From: Candidatus Poribacteria bacterium
Lineage (GTDB): Bacteria; Poribacteria; WGA-4E; PCPOR2b
Direction of reading: 5' to 3'
Length of the DNA stretch: 64,000 nt
Assembly: GCA_965208325.1 (NCBI GenBank)
Contig: OZ242326.1
Span: 3,968,001-4,032,000, forward strand
A program made the position numbers and the translations under genes. The notes beneath the pieces are model-generated. The model was not told where the DNA came from, ran no database searches, and saw only the letters and a program-made list of their open reading frames with translations. Of the stretch, positions 50,009 to 61,032 are shown piece after piece. The stretch's first letter is position 1, and the number at the start of each line of letters is the position of its first letter.

Positions 50009-51451
50009 TTAGATAACAAACATTTGCATGAATTCGTTAACTGTTGCAGCTTCCAACCGTTTCTGGTCAAAGCAGAGATTCGCGATAGCTTCCACCCGCT
50101 TCGCAGGGAAACGGGACGCTAGGTTGGAGACAAATTTTTCCTCCAACAGTGGAATTCCTTCGTTTCGCCTCCGCCGATGACCTATTGGATATTCGACGGC
50201 GACCTTTTCAGTGGTAGAGCCATCCACGAAGCGAATTTGAAGGGCATTTGCGATAGAGCGTTTCTGGGGATCGAGGTAGTCTTTGCTGTATGCGGGCGAT
50301 TCCTCCACGACCATCCTTTCCCGTAAGGTGTTGATGAGGGGTTCGCGCGCGATTTTATCTTCGTAGTGGTCGGCGGTCAACTCTCCGTAGATAAGCCCAA
50401 CGGCTACCATATATTGTAGGCAGTGATCTCGATCCGCAGGATTGTTTAACGGGCCGGTTTTGTCAATTATACGAATCGCGGATTCGTGGGTCGTAATTGT
50501 AATTTCCTCGATTTCGTCCAGCCGATCTCTTACTTTATTATTCAGTTTAAACGCGCATTCGACGGCTGTCTGAGCGTGAAATTCTGCCGGGAATGAAATT
50601 TTGAACAGGATATTTTCCATTGCATACGTCCCATAAGGACGATTACGGATAAAAGACTGTCCGTTGAAAAGCACGTCGTAAAACCCCCACTTCGGCACAG
50701 ACATCGCCGAATTATACCCCATTTCGCCTTTCATGGCGGTCAGGGCGAGCCACACGGCGCGGCTTGCCGCGTCCCCGGCTGCCCAAGATTTTCTGGATCC
50801 GGTGTTGGGTGCATGGCGGTAGACCCGCAAATTTCCGCCGTCGATGAAGGCGTTGGACACCGCATTGATGATTTCGTCGGTACCTCCTCCTAGCATCTTT
50901 GTGACGACCGCAGTCGAGGCAATTTTAACGAACAGTACGTGGTCTAATCCGACACGGTTCAAGCTGTTTTCCAGCGCAAGTACACCCTGAATCTCGTAGG
51001 CTTTAATCATAAACGTAAGCACGTCGCGCATCACTAGGTGCGGCAGGCCTTCAGCCACGTTTCTGCGGCTGAGAAAGTCCGCGGTTGCCAAGATGCTGCC
51101 GAGGTTATCCGAGGGATGCCCCCATTCTGCCGCGAGCCATGTGTCGTTGTAATCCAGCCATCGAATAAGACAGCCGATATTGAACGCGGCCTGCACCGGA
51201 TCCAGTTCAAACTGTTGCCCCGGTACGCGGGCGCCGTTCGGAACGTGTGTGCCGGAAATTACCGGTCCCAGGTGTTTCGTGCATTCGGGATAGCGCAGGG
51301 CTAGCAAGCCGCATCCGAGTGAATCAATGAGACAGTGCCGGGCGGTTTCGAAGGCTAGCGAGCTTTCAATTGAGTAGCCGGTTACATACTCTGCGATATC
51401 AACGAGTATTGGGTCGGGTTCAGGGCGGTTTTTGGAAGATGAGGCAGTCAA
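50009..51451 (-). CDS. prpD: 2-methylcitrate dehydratase
   Basis: '[23 protein letters not shown]', '[18 protein letters not shown]', '[14 protein letters not shown]', '[10 protein letters not shown]'. Confidence 0.95.
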   Translation of the reverse strand: MTASSSKNRPEPDPILVDIAEYVTGYSIESSLAFETARHCLIDSLGCGLLALRYPECTKHLGPVISGTHVPNGARVPGQQFELDPVQAAFNIGCLIRWLDYNDTWLAAEWGHPSDNLGSILATADFLSRRNVAEGLPHLVMRDVLTFMIKAYEIQGVLALENSLNRVGLDHVLFVKIASTAVVTKMLGGGTDEIINAVSNAFIDGGNLRVYRHAPNTGSRKSWAAGDAASRAVWLALTAMKGEMGYNSAMSVPKWGFYDVLFNGQSFIRNRPYGTYAMENILFKISFPAEFHAQTAVECAFKLNNKVRDRLDEIEEITITTHESAIRIIDKTGPLNNPADRDHCLQYMVAVGLIYGELTADHYEDKIAREPLINTLRERMVVEESPAYSKDYLDPQKRSIANALQIRFVDGSTTEKVAVEYPIGHRRRRNEGIPLLEEKFVSNLASRFPAKRVEAIANLCFDQKRLEAATVNEFMQMFVI

Positions 51452-51521
51452 AAAACTATTCCCTTTCTGTTTTGGAACATGAATCTTTACGGGATTTATC
51501 TTGATATCCGGATTCTATATG

Positions 51522-51549
51522 ATTATACCAAAAATCAATGTGCTGGCAA
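51522..51549 (-). promoter_or_regulatory. Probable sigma70 promoter of prpD
   Basis: TTGCCA, 16 nt, TATAAT, with an extended-10 TG. Confidence 0.5.
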
Positions 51550-51673
51550 TCCAAAAATTACTAAAACTATGTTAGTCACGGAGATTGTTTACACATTGCT
51601 CAGGTATTTACAATTAGCGCATGGAAATGCGAGCCGTCGGGTATGGAGGCGCAGATTTCATATACTGCGCGGT

Positions 51674-51710
51674 TAAAGAAACCGAGTTTTGAAGAAAAAA
51701 ACTCGGTTTC
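51674..51710. repeat. Dispersed palindrome, copy 2
   Basis: TTAAAGAAACCGAGTTTTGAAGAAAAAACTCGGTTTC; matches 46251-46287. Confidence 0.7.
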
Positions 51711-51924
51711 ACATTACGTTGGAGCGGAAGCGCGTAGCGTATGGATAATACGGAATTTACTAAAAGGAGTGGAAATGGCAGGCGGCGCTTGATGTGCTAG
51801 AAGAGGAAACAACGCTGTATTTGAAATTTTTAATAGAGATGGAGGGCAGCTTATCTGAAGGATTGTGCGTCACTATCGGATGTTGGGAGGTATATTGTAG
51901 CTTCAAAGAACAAGCGTGCGGCAA

Positions 51925-53130
51925 TTATTGATCTAAAATATAATTTTTCGGGTTCATCCAACTTTTCTTTTTCGCATGATAGACACCGTAGTGCAAATGC
52001 GGACCCGTACTTACGCCAGTGTTTCCCACGTAGGCAATGACTTCTCCGCGTTTTACAACCTTTCCACGGCGAATTCCCTTTGCATACTTGTTGAGGTGTC
52101 CATACAATGTTTCCATTTGCCTAGCCTTGTGTTCTATCCGAATCACCCTACCGAGATACCGGTCCCGGGTGACCTTTGATACGACGCCATCAGCAGCCGC
52201 CAGCACAGGAGTACCCCTCCGCGCCCTAATATCCAGACCTCGATGAAATTGTCGTTTTTTCGTGATCGGGTGGGGACGCCATCCGAATTCCGATGAAAAC
52301 CAATACGGCTTCACCTCGATTCCTTCAGGGTATATGCTGAGTTTGCCTTTTGCCTTATAGACTGCGTAGGTACGGTTTTTTGCTTTATCAGCTATCCACC
52401 AATGGCTATCTTCTTTTTCAGTCGATATGGAAACATCTTGGGAAAGTGAGATTCCGTTGGATTTAAATGCCTGCCGCAACTGGTTTGAGATAATTTCACC
52501 GCTTAGATCGGTAGGGTTTTCCAAATTGACGGCAAACAGTAATTTGTCGCGCACTTCAATTGGCAAAATAGAGGGCATTTCATTGACGGCTTTCACAGCA
52601 TTTCCGACGTGACTATAAATTGGTTGAATTTCGTTTTTCAAGCGGAGAATTTGAGTGAATCTTGAATCACTCGCGGGGGAGTCTTCCGACAAGCCGGCTT
52701 CAATTTCTATGCTATGGTCGTCTTGTGGTTGTGATTTAAGAATAGATTCCTGTTCAATATCATCAAGTATTTCTGCATCAAATCCAGCACCACCTTGCCC
52801 GAGAATACCTTTCTCTGTGCTAATCCCTAAAACATGCCGTACTTTTTCAGCCATGTCCCGAATCTGCTGCATCTCGTTGTCTAGCGTATCGAGCCAGCTC
52901 TGTTGTTCGGTATTGAGCCGTTCGTTTTCCGAATTTGCGGATTGCAACTTACTATGGATAGCGTGTACCTTCCCTTTTGAATAAATGCCATAGAAAACTC
53001 CTCCTAACGCGCCAACCAATACAATAAAGGACAGAATTATCAACTTTCGGAAAATACGACGTTCAATTGCAAATTGGCGTATTGGCCCGTTGTCGGAAGA
53101 CATGATAACAATGGTATATATATCCTTCAC
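51925..53130 (-). CDS. M23 family metallopeptidase (TM + coiled coil) with inserted domain
   Basis: 'FHRGLDI' (HxxxD), 'TLYGHL', 'GNTGVSTGPHLHY'. Confidence 0.9.
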   Translation of the reverse strand: MKDIYTIVIMSSDNGPIRQFAIERRIFRKLIILSFIVLVGALGGVFYGIYSKGKVHAIHSKLQSANSENERLNTEQQSWLDTLDNEMQQIRDMAEKVRHVLGISTEKGILGQGGAGFDAEILDDIEQESILKSQPQDDHSIEIEAGLSEDSPASDSRFTQILRLKNEIQPIYSHVGNAVKAVNEMPSILPIEVRDKLLFAVNLENPTDLSGEIISNQLRQAFKSNGISLSQDVSISTEKEDSHWWIADKAKNRTYAVYKAKGKLSIYPEGIEVKPYWFSSEFGWRPHPITKKRQFHRGLDIRARRGTPVLAAADGVVSKVTRDRYLGRVIRIEHKARQMETLYGHLNKYAKGIRRGKVVKRGEVIAYVGNTGVSTGPHLHYGVYHAKKKSWMNPKNYILDQ

Positions 53131-53229
53131 GAATTTTCCCCCCTAATATTACGGTCGCGCAACCTGGATTTTGATAAGGACGAGTATTGCGGCAATTTTG
53201 GAATGTTACGATGCATGTTACAATGCGGT

Positions 53230-53258
53230 AGTATAGCACAGATTCTAAATTAAAGCAA
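53230..53258 (-). promoter_or_regulatory. Probable sigma70 promoter of the M23 gene
   Basis: TTGCTT, 17 nt, TATACT, with an extended-10 TG. Confidence 0.5.
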
Positions 53259-53619
53259 GCCTGTAATTCAAAATAATTGCGTCACAAAATTAACAGTTTT
53301 GGTCGACTTGTTTAATTATCCAAGTTTTATGCGCGTAACGGACAAAACGTGTGGTGCAGCAGTGAGGTTTCAGTAAACTAACAGTGACACACTATGGCGG
53401 CTATGATATACTATGCCATGTAGAATGCTGCCAATTGACGGCTATGGACATGGTCTGAGTTTGGTTAACATTTTGATGCCGTTTTATTGAATTCGCGCAT
53501 TGAGTTGGGCATCATTACAGCGGGTGAAGAATCCGATTTGAAAATTTCACTAACGTAAAGGAGAAAGATGTGCTAATCGTAAAATTCACAATCTGCGATT
53601 TTCAGGAGGAAGCAATTAC

Positions 53620-56600
53620 TTGATGAACCACTGTCATTTCCGGGCAGATATGAGCGCGGGTGCTTGCCAAACAGAGGTTGACTTTGTTCATCCTTGTTTC
53701 TCGCAATGGGCGGGTGTAGGGGTATTAATTCTATTTCTTTTGCTTAGTTGCGCTCTGTCTGATATATTCGCCGCAAACGGCTATGCGGCGGTTCAAGCGG
53801 CATCTGATTCCAATGGGATTACCGTTGAGTTTGACCTGCCCGAACTTGATGTGTCAACTGTAGCACATGATGGCGTTCAATATCGGTCAGTTCGCTACAA
53901 AGAGAGCGGGTTTACCAATGAAGCAGGCAACCCGCGACTGCCAGTTACACGTGCGATGCTAGGTGTGCCGCCTAACGCGAGATTTCATGTTGAAGTGACT
54001 CATGCGGCACAGCAGACACGACGCATCTCTCGTATATCTCCCGTCCCCCGCCGAGTTCCGCAAACAGGTTTAGAAGGCATCCAGAGCCTTGTCGATGAGT
54101 GGCGTGAAGATGGATCAGCCTACCAGAGTGGAACCGCCCATTATCCTGAATCGCTAGCGGAAATTGTTTACGAAGGCAACATAAGATCGCAGCGGGTTAT
54201 ATTACTCGAACTTCGCCCTGTCCAATATCAACCACGAACACGTTCATTAAGGATTTATCCACGCCTAGTGGTCCGCGTACATTTTGATTATGCCCCTAAT
54301 CGCCCCCGTGCTTCGGGTTTTTCCGGTTCGCCTACAAATCGGTCCCTTTCATTGAAAAGTTCGGATGAACCGGCAGTGTTCGAGCGAATGTTCCAACGGC
54401 AGCTATTGAATTACGATGAAGCGAGGCGATGGCGTGTCACAAGAGAACAGCGAATTGCGTCTGCGCCTTCACTCCAGCACCCAACTGTGGATGGCCGGTA
54501 CAAGATTCTCATTGACAAAACGGGCATATACCGCCTGACAAGTGAAGAATTGCTCCGGTCGTGGAATGTAGATTTGAGGGATATTGATCCTCGATATCTT
54601 CATCTGAGGCGTTACGACGCAGATCACGGCAACGCGGGTCAAGAAATTCCAATGTACATTCACGGTGAAACGGACGGGCGTTTCGATATCGGCGACTACC
54701 TAGAATTTTATGGCTTGGATGCCGCGAGTAGATATACGCGCTGGAATGTTTACTGGTTAACCGTAGAGCGGACACGCGGGAGGCGGGTCGCAGAAATTAA
54801 CGCACACCCTGGCGACCCGAGGGCGAAGACCGTACCGGTTTTTCGATCTAAGGTGGTTTTCGAGGAGGACCATCTTACTAGCAATCTGGAGCATGTTTCC
54901 CCGGCAGTTGTATCACCCGGGAACAAGCACGGTTGGTTCGAGTCCCTTGACTTTTGGTATTGGACGGGAATCAAAAACGCGGGGGACTACAATGACGATA
55001 ATTTAGAATTTCCACTCTATGACCTTACCCAGAGTTTTGTCCAACCTAGAATACGGGTTTTGCTGCAAGGGGGCGCCCCGACAAGGCATGAGATTCTAGT
55101 TTCAGTGAATGGGATAAGGATTGACAATGCGACGTGGTCTGACCAAAATGTTGCGTCGGTCGAACGCACACTACGTGCTTGGGACAATTTGCGGGATTTC
55201 ACCAAGAATGAACGGAATGTACTGACGATAACGCGGGTAGATACGACAACGGAGGATGATACGACCCGTTATCCCTACCATGCTTACATTAATTCCTTTG
55301 AAGTTGAATACACACGCCTGTTAAAGGCGGTGAACGATTACCTTGCATTCTCCTCCCCAGCTAGTACAGATACGTACGCTGTTCGCAAACACCGCACGTT
55401 GGAATACACAGTTCAGAGTTTCCTCTCGCCGGATGTGGAGATTTTTGAATACGACGGCGAGAATTTAACTGCAAAGCTGCAAAACCCCAAAATAGACAGA
55501 GTGCATCTGAATCGAGCCGACCGTGATCGCTTACGCCTAATCACTCAAGATAGCCGTGATATAGGAGAAGGGCAGGAACAGATTATATCTCTAGGGGATA
55601 TTCCACGCGCCGCTTACAATGCAACCTTCCACGCACCGGATTCTCACGACGCCAAATTCTTAGCCGTTTCGTCTGCGGGCGTGCGCAAGCCGGTTGATGT
55701 CGAGTATGTTCCTCCTACTGATTTACTATCACCGTCCAACGGTGCCGACTATCTGATAATTAGCCATCCAGTGTTTAGTGAAGCGTCCCATCAATTAGCT
55801 GAATGGCGATCGACTTCAAAAGGCGGCGGACACCGCGCGAAGGTTGTTGATGTTAACCAGATTTATAACACCTTCAGCAACGGCATGGTGGACCCGAAAG
55901 CCATTAAGGCATTTCTGACTTTCGCGTATAAGCACTGGGAACAACCAGCGCTCTCTTATCTTGTTATCATGGGAGATGGGACGTTCGATTACCGGGGCAC
56001 TGACGAAGAGATATATCCTGATGCTCCGGAACTGATGGGATATATCCCTACTCACTACATTTGGACAAGCTCATTTGGGCGAACGTCAATCGATCATTGG
56101 TATGCAACGGTGAGCGGGATTGACGAACTTGCGGATTTCTACGTTGGAAGACTTAGCGCAGAAACGCCTGAATCCGCCAATGAGATAGTCGAAAAAATCA
56201 TCAACTACGAGGGAACCAGACCGAACGGAAGCTGGCGGCGGCAGATTATCTCAGTTGCGGATGACGAAGTCAATAACTCTGGTGATTTCATTTTTAAGAA
56301 AAGCTTGACCGAAGTTGCGCAGAGCCACACATTACTGGGTTATGAAACAAAACGGATCTTTCTCGAAGACATTATTAAGGAGGTTAATGCGAATCCCGAA
56401 GCATACGGCAGCAAGCTGCCTAAGCACGTTGCGAAGGATTTGATTATCGACACAATGGGCAAAGGCGCGGTCATTGCCCAATACGCCGGCCATGGCGGAA
56501 GGATTGTATGGGCACACGAGGCTATTTTTGATAACGCGTCAGTCGACCGGGTCGATCAGACAGAGCATCTTCCGTTTATGCTTGTTTTGAGTTGTTATAA

Positions 56601-59600
56601 CGGTTACTTTGATGCGCCCGGCGAGCCGAGCATGGCTGAAAAGCTGCTTCGAAAGGAGAGGGGCGGCATAATCGGTATGCTCAGCGCCACTCGTTTGACG
56701 TACGGCAGCGGCAATGATACCCTCAATCGAATCATCTTCGATGATCTTTTTAAGCGCAATGTGCGCGGACTTGGCGAACTCAGCTTCGATTCAAAAGTGG
56801 AATTACTAATCCGTGATGGGATTGGCCAGATTGACGTGATGATGGAGTATACCCTCTTCGGCGACCCGGCGATGAATCTAGCAATGGCGGATTATGAGAT
56901 GCAACCCGAGGTTAAGACCAAAACGGTAGCGCCGGGTGAAACACTCAGAATCGCTCCGGGTGAGATTTTTGAAGTCGAATACAATCCTGGACGTAAACAG
57001 AAACAATTTACTCCATTGTCGGATTTTAACGGGACGTTACAAGTTAAAGCCGTGTTCCCCGGTACTTATAAACTTGTTGAGCGAGAGGAAGGCGTGGTTG
57101 AGGCTTACTCCGGCGATGTAGTTGTCACGCAGGACACAAGCGTCAGAAATGGTAAATTTCCCGAGGTTTCCCTGCCGATACCTAAGGGAATCAGCGCGGG
57201 AAATGCCCACGTTGAATATTACGCTCAAAACGCGTCTCACATTGCTGTTGGCGGTGATTCATTCACAGTGCTTGTGCCGAAAATCCTAGACATACAACCG
57301 GAGGTCGTCAGCGATACAACATTTCGTATTTCAGTACAAGTCTCCGACGAGATTGAAAGCCGGGGAATAAAGAATATCCGTTTAGACTGGCGAAATCCTG
57401 TTGCACGGGAATGGGTGGAGGTTACAATGCACCAGGCGCCATCGCGCGGCAAGGGTTGGTATACAACACCGAAGCCCTTACCTTTGTCTCCCAACGGCGC
57501 ACCGATTCGGTATGAAATCTTCGTGACTGATATTGACAATCACACCACAGTTTCCGATACACTTGAATTCCGCCCGTTCGTGTTCCCAAACATAAGAGTC
57601 GTTAGAGGCCAAACGTATTCAGATGGATTAATCTATTACGAGTATTCATATGAGGACGAGGCATGGACGTTAAACGTAGACATTGAACAGGTCGAAGACC
57701 TTGAGCTGAAGGAAAGTGTGGAAGTTGCTTTCTTTGAAGGCAATCCGGATCTTGATGAAGATTATGTTGTCGATTCACATGCTAGTTTGATAGGCAAGGT
57801 TTTGATTCGCCCTAACAGTTGGCAGCGCAGAAATCCGCTTGAACCACACAAGACCACCATCAACGGCAACGGCCAAAAAACTCCACTAGCGTTTACGGAA
57901 ACCCCGCTCAATACGAACTGGATAGCGACGGCGGCAATCCATCACGAACTGGAAATGGGCGTCCATGAAATATTTACGTGGGTTGATCCGGTATTTGATT
58001 CTGATGTGGAAACATCTCAGATTGAGTCCAAACAGGGCAAGCTGCGTGAAGGCGATGAGACTGATAACATTAACGGGCGCCGCATTTCAGTACAAGGAAT
58101 AGTTGTCGGCAAGGCGGATCGGCGTATCTTTAGTCAAGACGGCATCATCGATTTTCGCGTTCCGGCGCACAACGTCCCTCAACCCGCCGTGCTGACAATT
58201 GCCCCGCTCACCGGGAGGGAACAATTTACCTTCACGCAGCAACCAAATCTGAAGCCGATTGGGTTGCCGAACGGAAATGATGCAGTTGCCTACAATGCGG
58301 CGCTAGAATCTACGCCGTCGGGAGACATTCAATTAACGGCGCCAATTATAGCGGAACTTCGTTTTGATTTAGAAGCATTGCGGACGGCCGTCAGGGAAGA
58401 ACTCGGCTTAACAGAGATTTACAATCTTGAACCGGATCAGGTAAATGCCATTAACGAAGGGGCAGAGCAGCAAGCCAAGGAGATTGGCATGTACCTTTGG
58501 TTAAAGGGTTTGGAAAAATGGGTACGGTTAAATTCGGAGTTGGCCCTTGCCTCTAATACGTCCATGGAGCTGCAACAGGTACTATCCAGCGTGAGCGAAT
58601 CCAATCGCGGAAATGGAGAAATCAATGGCGTTCAAATCGCGCCGACGGGCGCCGAGTTGGGCAAATGGGTATTGGCTTTCACGTCTCCTAGCACATACCG
58701 CCTGATGGTTAGCAAGAACGAAGAGCCGTTAGAGATGGTCAATCCGAATCGCAATCTGGAACAATTCGTAGAAACGCCTGGGCGGCCGAGTTTGGATTAC
58801 GAAAATGACCTTAAAATCGGTGTAAGCCCGGGCGAAACTGATTTTGAATTTGGTGATATATTAACCTTCGAAATTGCGTTAATCGATAATGCGGACAGTG
58901 GATCTCCCGGCCTTTACGCTTCATCGTTCAGGGAGCGAAACAGTGGTACGGGTACAATCCAGTACATTCGTCTCGATCCGAATTCGTCCATCCCTTCAGA
59001 TCGATGGGTGATTCTGTTTATGGATTCAAATCGTTTTCGGGTGGAAGGAGAAAAGACCGGTATACTGTCAGAGAACGGCCGCCCCATCATGGGTAAAATC
59101 GGGGAAGAGTTTTCTTTTGCTGAATATGGATTGACACTCAGGCTTTTGGCAGGGGAGGGGAATTTTGAACCGGGTGACAGTTTTCGGTTCGAAACGAAGG
59201 GGGTAGGGCGGGTTCGAGCGGAAGTCCCGATACTCGGTAGGCTGGCATTGATGCGGAGCAGCGATACTATCCCGCCGGATCTTCAATTGACTGTCGGCAA
59301 GCAGAACTTTATTGATGGGGATCCGGTTTCAAAAGAACCGTTGATTCAAGCCACTCTGACTGACAACAGCGGTATTGATTACATCACGCGTGCGATTTCG
59401 TTAGAAATCAGCCAGGACAACCGAGAATTTAGGCTGATTCCACAAACGGAGTACCGCATGAGTCAACGCCCAGGTTCAAACCAAGTTGTTTTGAATTATC
59501 AATCTCCCGAATTAGAGCCCGGTACATACCAAGTTCGCCTTACGGCAAGTGATGTTGAGGGAAATGAATCAGTAGATGAGATTGAGTTCCGTGTGCACAA

Positions 59601-59898
59601 AATTCTTCAATTGCTCAGGGCAATGAATTTCGAGAATCCATTTCGCCATGAGACGACTATTACTTGTGAGCTTACTAGCGCTGCAGATTACGTGACCATG
59701 AAGATTTACAGCGTGTCGGGGCGATTGGTGCGCGAATTTGAAGAAGCAGCCCCCGCCGGATTCATGATGGTACACTGGGATGGGCTTGATGAGGATGGCG
59801 AAGAAGTAGCGAACGGGGTTTATTACTGCAAAATCCGCGTCATGATGTCTGGTCAAAGAGATCTCACGGATTATATCAAGATGATGAAATTGAAGTGA
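53620..59898 (+). CDS. Large C25 family cysteine peptidase (gingipain/PorU-like) with propeptide and C-terminal FlgD-Ig/sorting-like domain
   Basis: C25 propeptide 'GNPRLP', 'GADYLIIS', 'YLVIMGDG', 'YVGRL', catalytic 'YAGHG' and 'LSCYNG', 'TLFGDP'. C-terminal 'NPF...T.I...KIYSVSGRLVR...WDG.DE.G..VANGVYY'. Confidence 0.85.
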   Translation: MMNHCHFRADMSAGACQTEVDFVHPCFSQWAGVGVLILFLLLSCALSDIFAANGYAAVQAASDSNGITVEFDLPELDVSTVAHDGVQYRSVRYKESGFTNEAGNPRLPVTRAMLGVPPNARFHVEVTHAAQQTRRISRISPVPRRVPQTGLEGIQSLVDEWREDGSAYQSGTAHYPESLAEIVYEGNIRSQRVILLELRPVQYQPRTRSLRIYPRLVVRVHFDYAPNRPRASGFSGSPTNRSLSLKSSDEPAVFERMFQRQLLNYDEARRWRVTREQRIASAPSLQHPTVDGRYKILIDKTGIYRLTSEELLRSWNVDLRDIDPRYLHLRRYDADHGNAGQEIPMYIHGETDGRFDIGDYLEFYGLDAASRYTRWNVYWLTVERTRGRRVAEINAHPGDPRAKTVPVFRSKVVFEEDHLTSNLEHVSPAVVSPGNKHGWFESLDFWYWTGIKNAGDYNDDNLEFPLYDLTQSFVQPRIRVLLQGGAPTRHEILVSVNGIRIDNATWSDQNVASVERTLRAWDNLRDFTKNERNVLTITRVDTTTEDDTTRYPYHAYINSFEVEYTRLLKAVNDYLAFSSPASTDTYAVRKHRTLEYTVQSFLSPDVEIFEYDGENLTAKLQNPKIDRVHLNRADRDRLRLITQDSRDIGEGQEQIISLGDIPRAAYNATFHAPDSHDAKFLAVSSAGVRKPVDVEYVPPTDLLSPSNGADYLIISHPVFSEASHQLAEWRSTSKGGGHRAKVVDVNQIYNTFSNGMVDPKAIKAFLTFAYKHWEQPALSYLVIMGDGTFDYRGTDEEIYPDAPELMGYIPTHYIWTSSFGRTSIDHWYATVSGIDELADFYVGRLSAETPESANEIVEKIINYEGTRPNGSWRRQIISVADDEVNNSGDFIFKKSLTEVAQSHTLLGYETKRIFLEDIIKEVNANPEAYGSKLPKHVAKDLIIDTMGKGAVIAQYAGHGGRIVWAHEAIFDNASVDRVDQTEHLPFMLVLSCYNGYFDAPGEPSMAEKLLRKERGGIIGMLSATRLTYGSGNDTLNRIIFDDLFKRNVRGLGELSFDSKVELLIRDGIGQIDVMMEYTLFGDPAMNLAMADYEMQPEVKTKTVAPGETLRIAPGEIFEVEYNPGRKQKQFTPLSDFNGTLQVKAVFPGTYKLVEREEGVVEAYSGDVVVTQDTSVRNGKFPEVSLPIPKGISAGNAHVEYYAQNASHIAVGGDSFTVLVPKILDIQPEVVSDTTFRISVQVSDEIESRGIKNIRLDWRNPVAREWVEVTMHQAPSRGKGWYTTPKPLPLSPNGAPIRYEIFVTDIDNHTTVSDTLEFRPFVFPNIRVVRGQTYSDGLIYYEYSYEDEAWTLNVDIEQVEDLELKESVEVAFFEGNPDLDEDYVVDSHASLIGKVLIRPNSWQRRNPLEPHKTTINGNGQKTPLAFTETPLNTNWIATAAIHHELEMGVHEIFTWVDPVFDSDVETSQIESKQGKLREGDETDNINGRRISVQGIVVGKADRRIFSQDGIIDFRVPAHNVPQPAVLTIAPLTGREQFTFTQQPNLKPIGLPNGNDAVAYNAALESTPSGDIQLTAPIIAELRFDLEALRTAVREELGLTEIYNLEPDQVNAINEGAEQQAKEIGMYLWLKGLEKWVRLNSELALASNTSMELQQVLSSVSESNRGNGEINGVQIAPTGAELGKWVLAFTSPSTYRLMVSKNEEPLEMVNPNRNLEQFVETPGRPSLDYENDLKIGVSPGETDFEFGDILTFEIALIDNADSGSPGLYASSFRERNSGTGTIQYIRLDPNSSIPSDRWVILFMDSNRFRVEGEKTGILSENGRPIMGKIGEEFSFAEYGLTLRLLAGEGNFEPGDSFRFETKGVGRVRAEVPILGRLALMRSSDTIPPDLQLTVGKQNFIDGDPVSKEPLIQATLTDNSGIDYITRAISLEISQDNREFRLIPQTEYRMSQRPGSNQVVLNYQSPELEPGTYQVRLTASDVEGNESVDEIEFRVHKILQLLRAMNFENPFRHETTITCELTSAADYVTMKIYSVSGRLVREFEEAAPAGFMMVHWDGLDEDGEEVANGVYYCKIRVMMSGQRDLTDYIKMMKLK

Positions 59899-59979
59899 TG
59901 CAATACCTCTTTAGTGTTCCGGCGGTCCAAGGTGTTACGTAACTTAACGGGCGCCGGAATTTGGGGGTGATATTATACA

Positions 59980-60957
59980 GTGATAAATGAGAAAGTTGGA
60001 AAAGAGAGTGTTTTTGTTCATCGCATTGAAGATGAAATCGGGAAAGCCATCGTTGGACAGAAGTATTTAATAGAACGGTTGCTGATTGGGATGTTAGCCA
60101 ACGGACATGTGCTTTTGGAAGGCGTGCCGGGCTTAGCGAAAACACTGTCTGTCAAGACGCTGTCGCGGGCGATCGAAACAAGGTTTCAGCGCATCCAATT
60201 TACACCTGACCTCTTACCTGCCGATGTGATAGGCACGCTTGTTTTTGACCCAAAAGACAGCTCGTTCATCACCAAAAAAGGCCCTATCTTTGCCAATATT
60301 ATATTAGCCGATGAAATCAACAGGGCGCCCGCAAAGGTCCAAAGCGCACTCCTAGAAGCCATGCAGGAGAAGCAGGTAACGATTGGTGAGACGACGTTTC
60401 AACTCGACGAGCCGTTTTTGGTATTGGCGACGCAAAATCCTATTGAGCAAGAGGGTACTTACCCACTGCCGGAAGCCCAAGTCGATCGATTTATGCTCAA
60501 GCTGAATATCGGTTATCCCACCCGGGAAGAGGAACGGGAGATTATGGAGCGGATGGCTGTCACGAGCACAAACCTCGACATTGATGCGGTTATATCCCCA
60601 GCGGATATCCTCGCCGCGAGGAAAGTAGTCGACGAAATATACGTGGACGAGAAAATCAAGAACTACATCATTGACTTGGTATTTGCCACTAGGGAACCGG
60701 CATCCTACCATAGTCTTGGCGACTTGGATCGGCTCATCGAATACGGCGCTTCCCCGCGCGCGACCATCTATTTGACCATAGCTGCCAAAGCGCATGCTTT
60801 TATACGGGGGAGAGGTTACGTCACGCCTCAAGATGTCAAGTCAATCGGAATGGATGTGCTGCGGCATCGAGTGATCATCACTTACGAAGCGGAAGCAGAA
60901 GAGATGACCTCCGAGGATGTTGTCTCGAAAATCTTTAGCGAAGTGGAAGTGCCATAA
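59980..60957 (+). CDS. MoxR family AAA+ ATPase (second paralogue)
   Basis: 'LLEGVPGLAKT', 'QFTPDLLPAD', '[18 protein letters not shown]', 'YGASPRA'. Confidence 0.95.
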   Translation: MINEKVGKESVFVHRIEDEIGKAIVGQKYLIERLLIGMLANGHVLLEGVPGLAKTLSVKTLSRAIETRFQRIQFTPDLLPADVIGTLVFDPKDSSFITKKGPIFANIILADEINRAPAKVQSALLEAMQEKQVTIGETTFQLDEPFLVLATQNPIEQEGTYPLPEAQVDRFMLKLNIGYPTREEEREIMERMAVTSTNLDIDAVISPADILAARKVVDEIYVDEKIKNYIIDLVFATREPASYHSLGDLDRLIEYGASPRATIYLTIAAKAHAFIRGRGYVTPQDVKSIGMDVLRHRVIITYEAEAEEMTSEDVVSKIFSEVEVP

Positions 60958-61032
60958 GCGGGAAAGTTTTGCGGCAGCACCGTGACTTAATTGCGGCTTG
61001 CGGCCCGCTAAAGGAATCGTTGGTTCAACATT

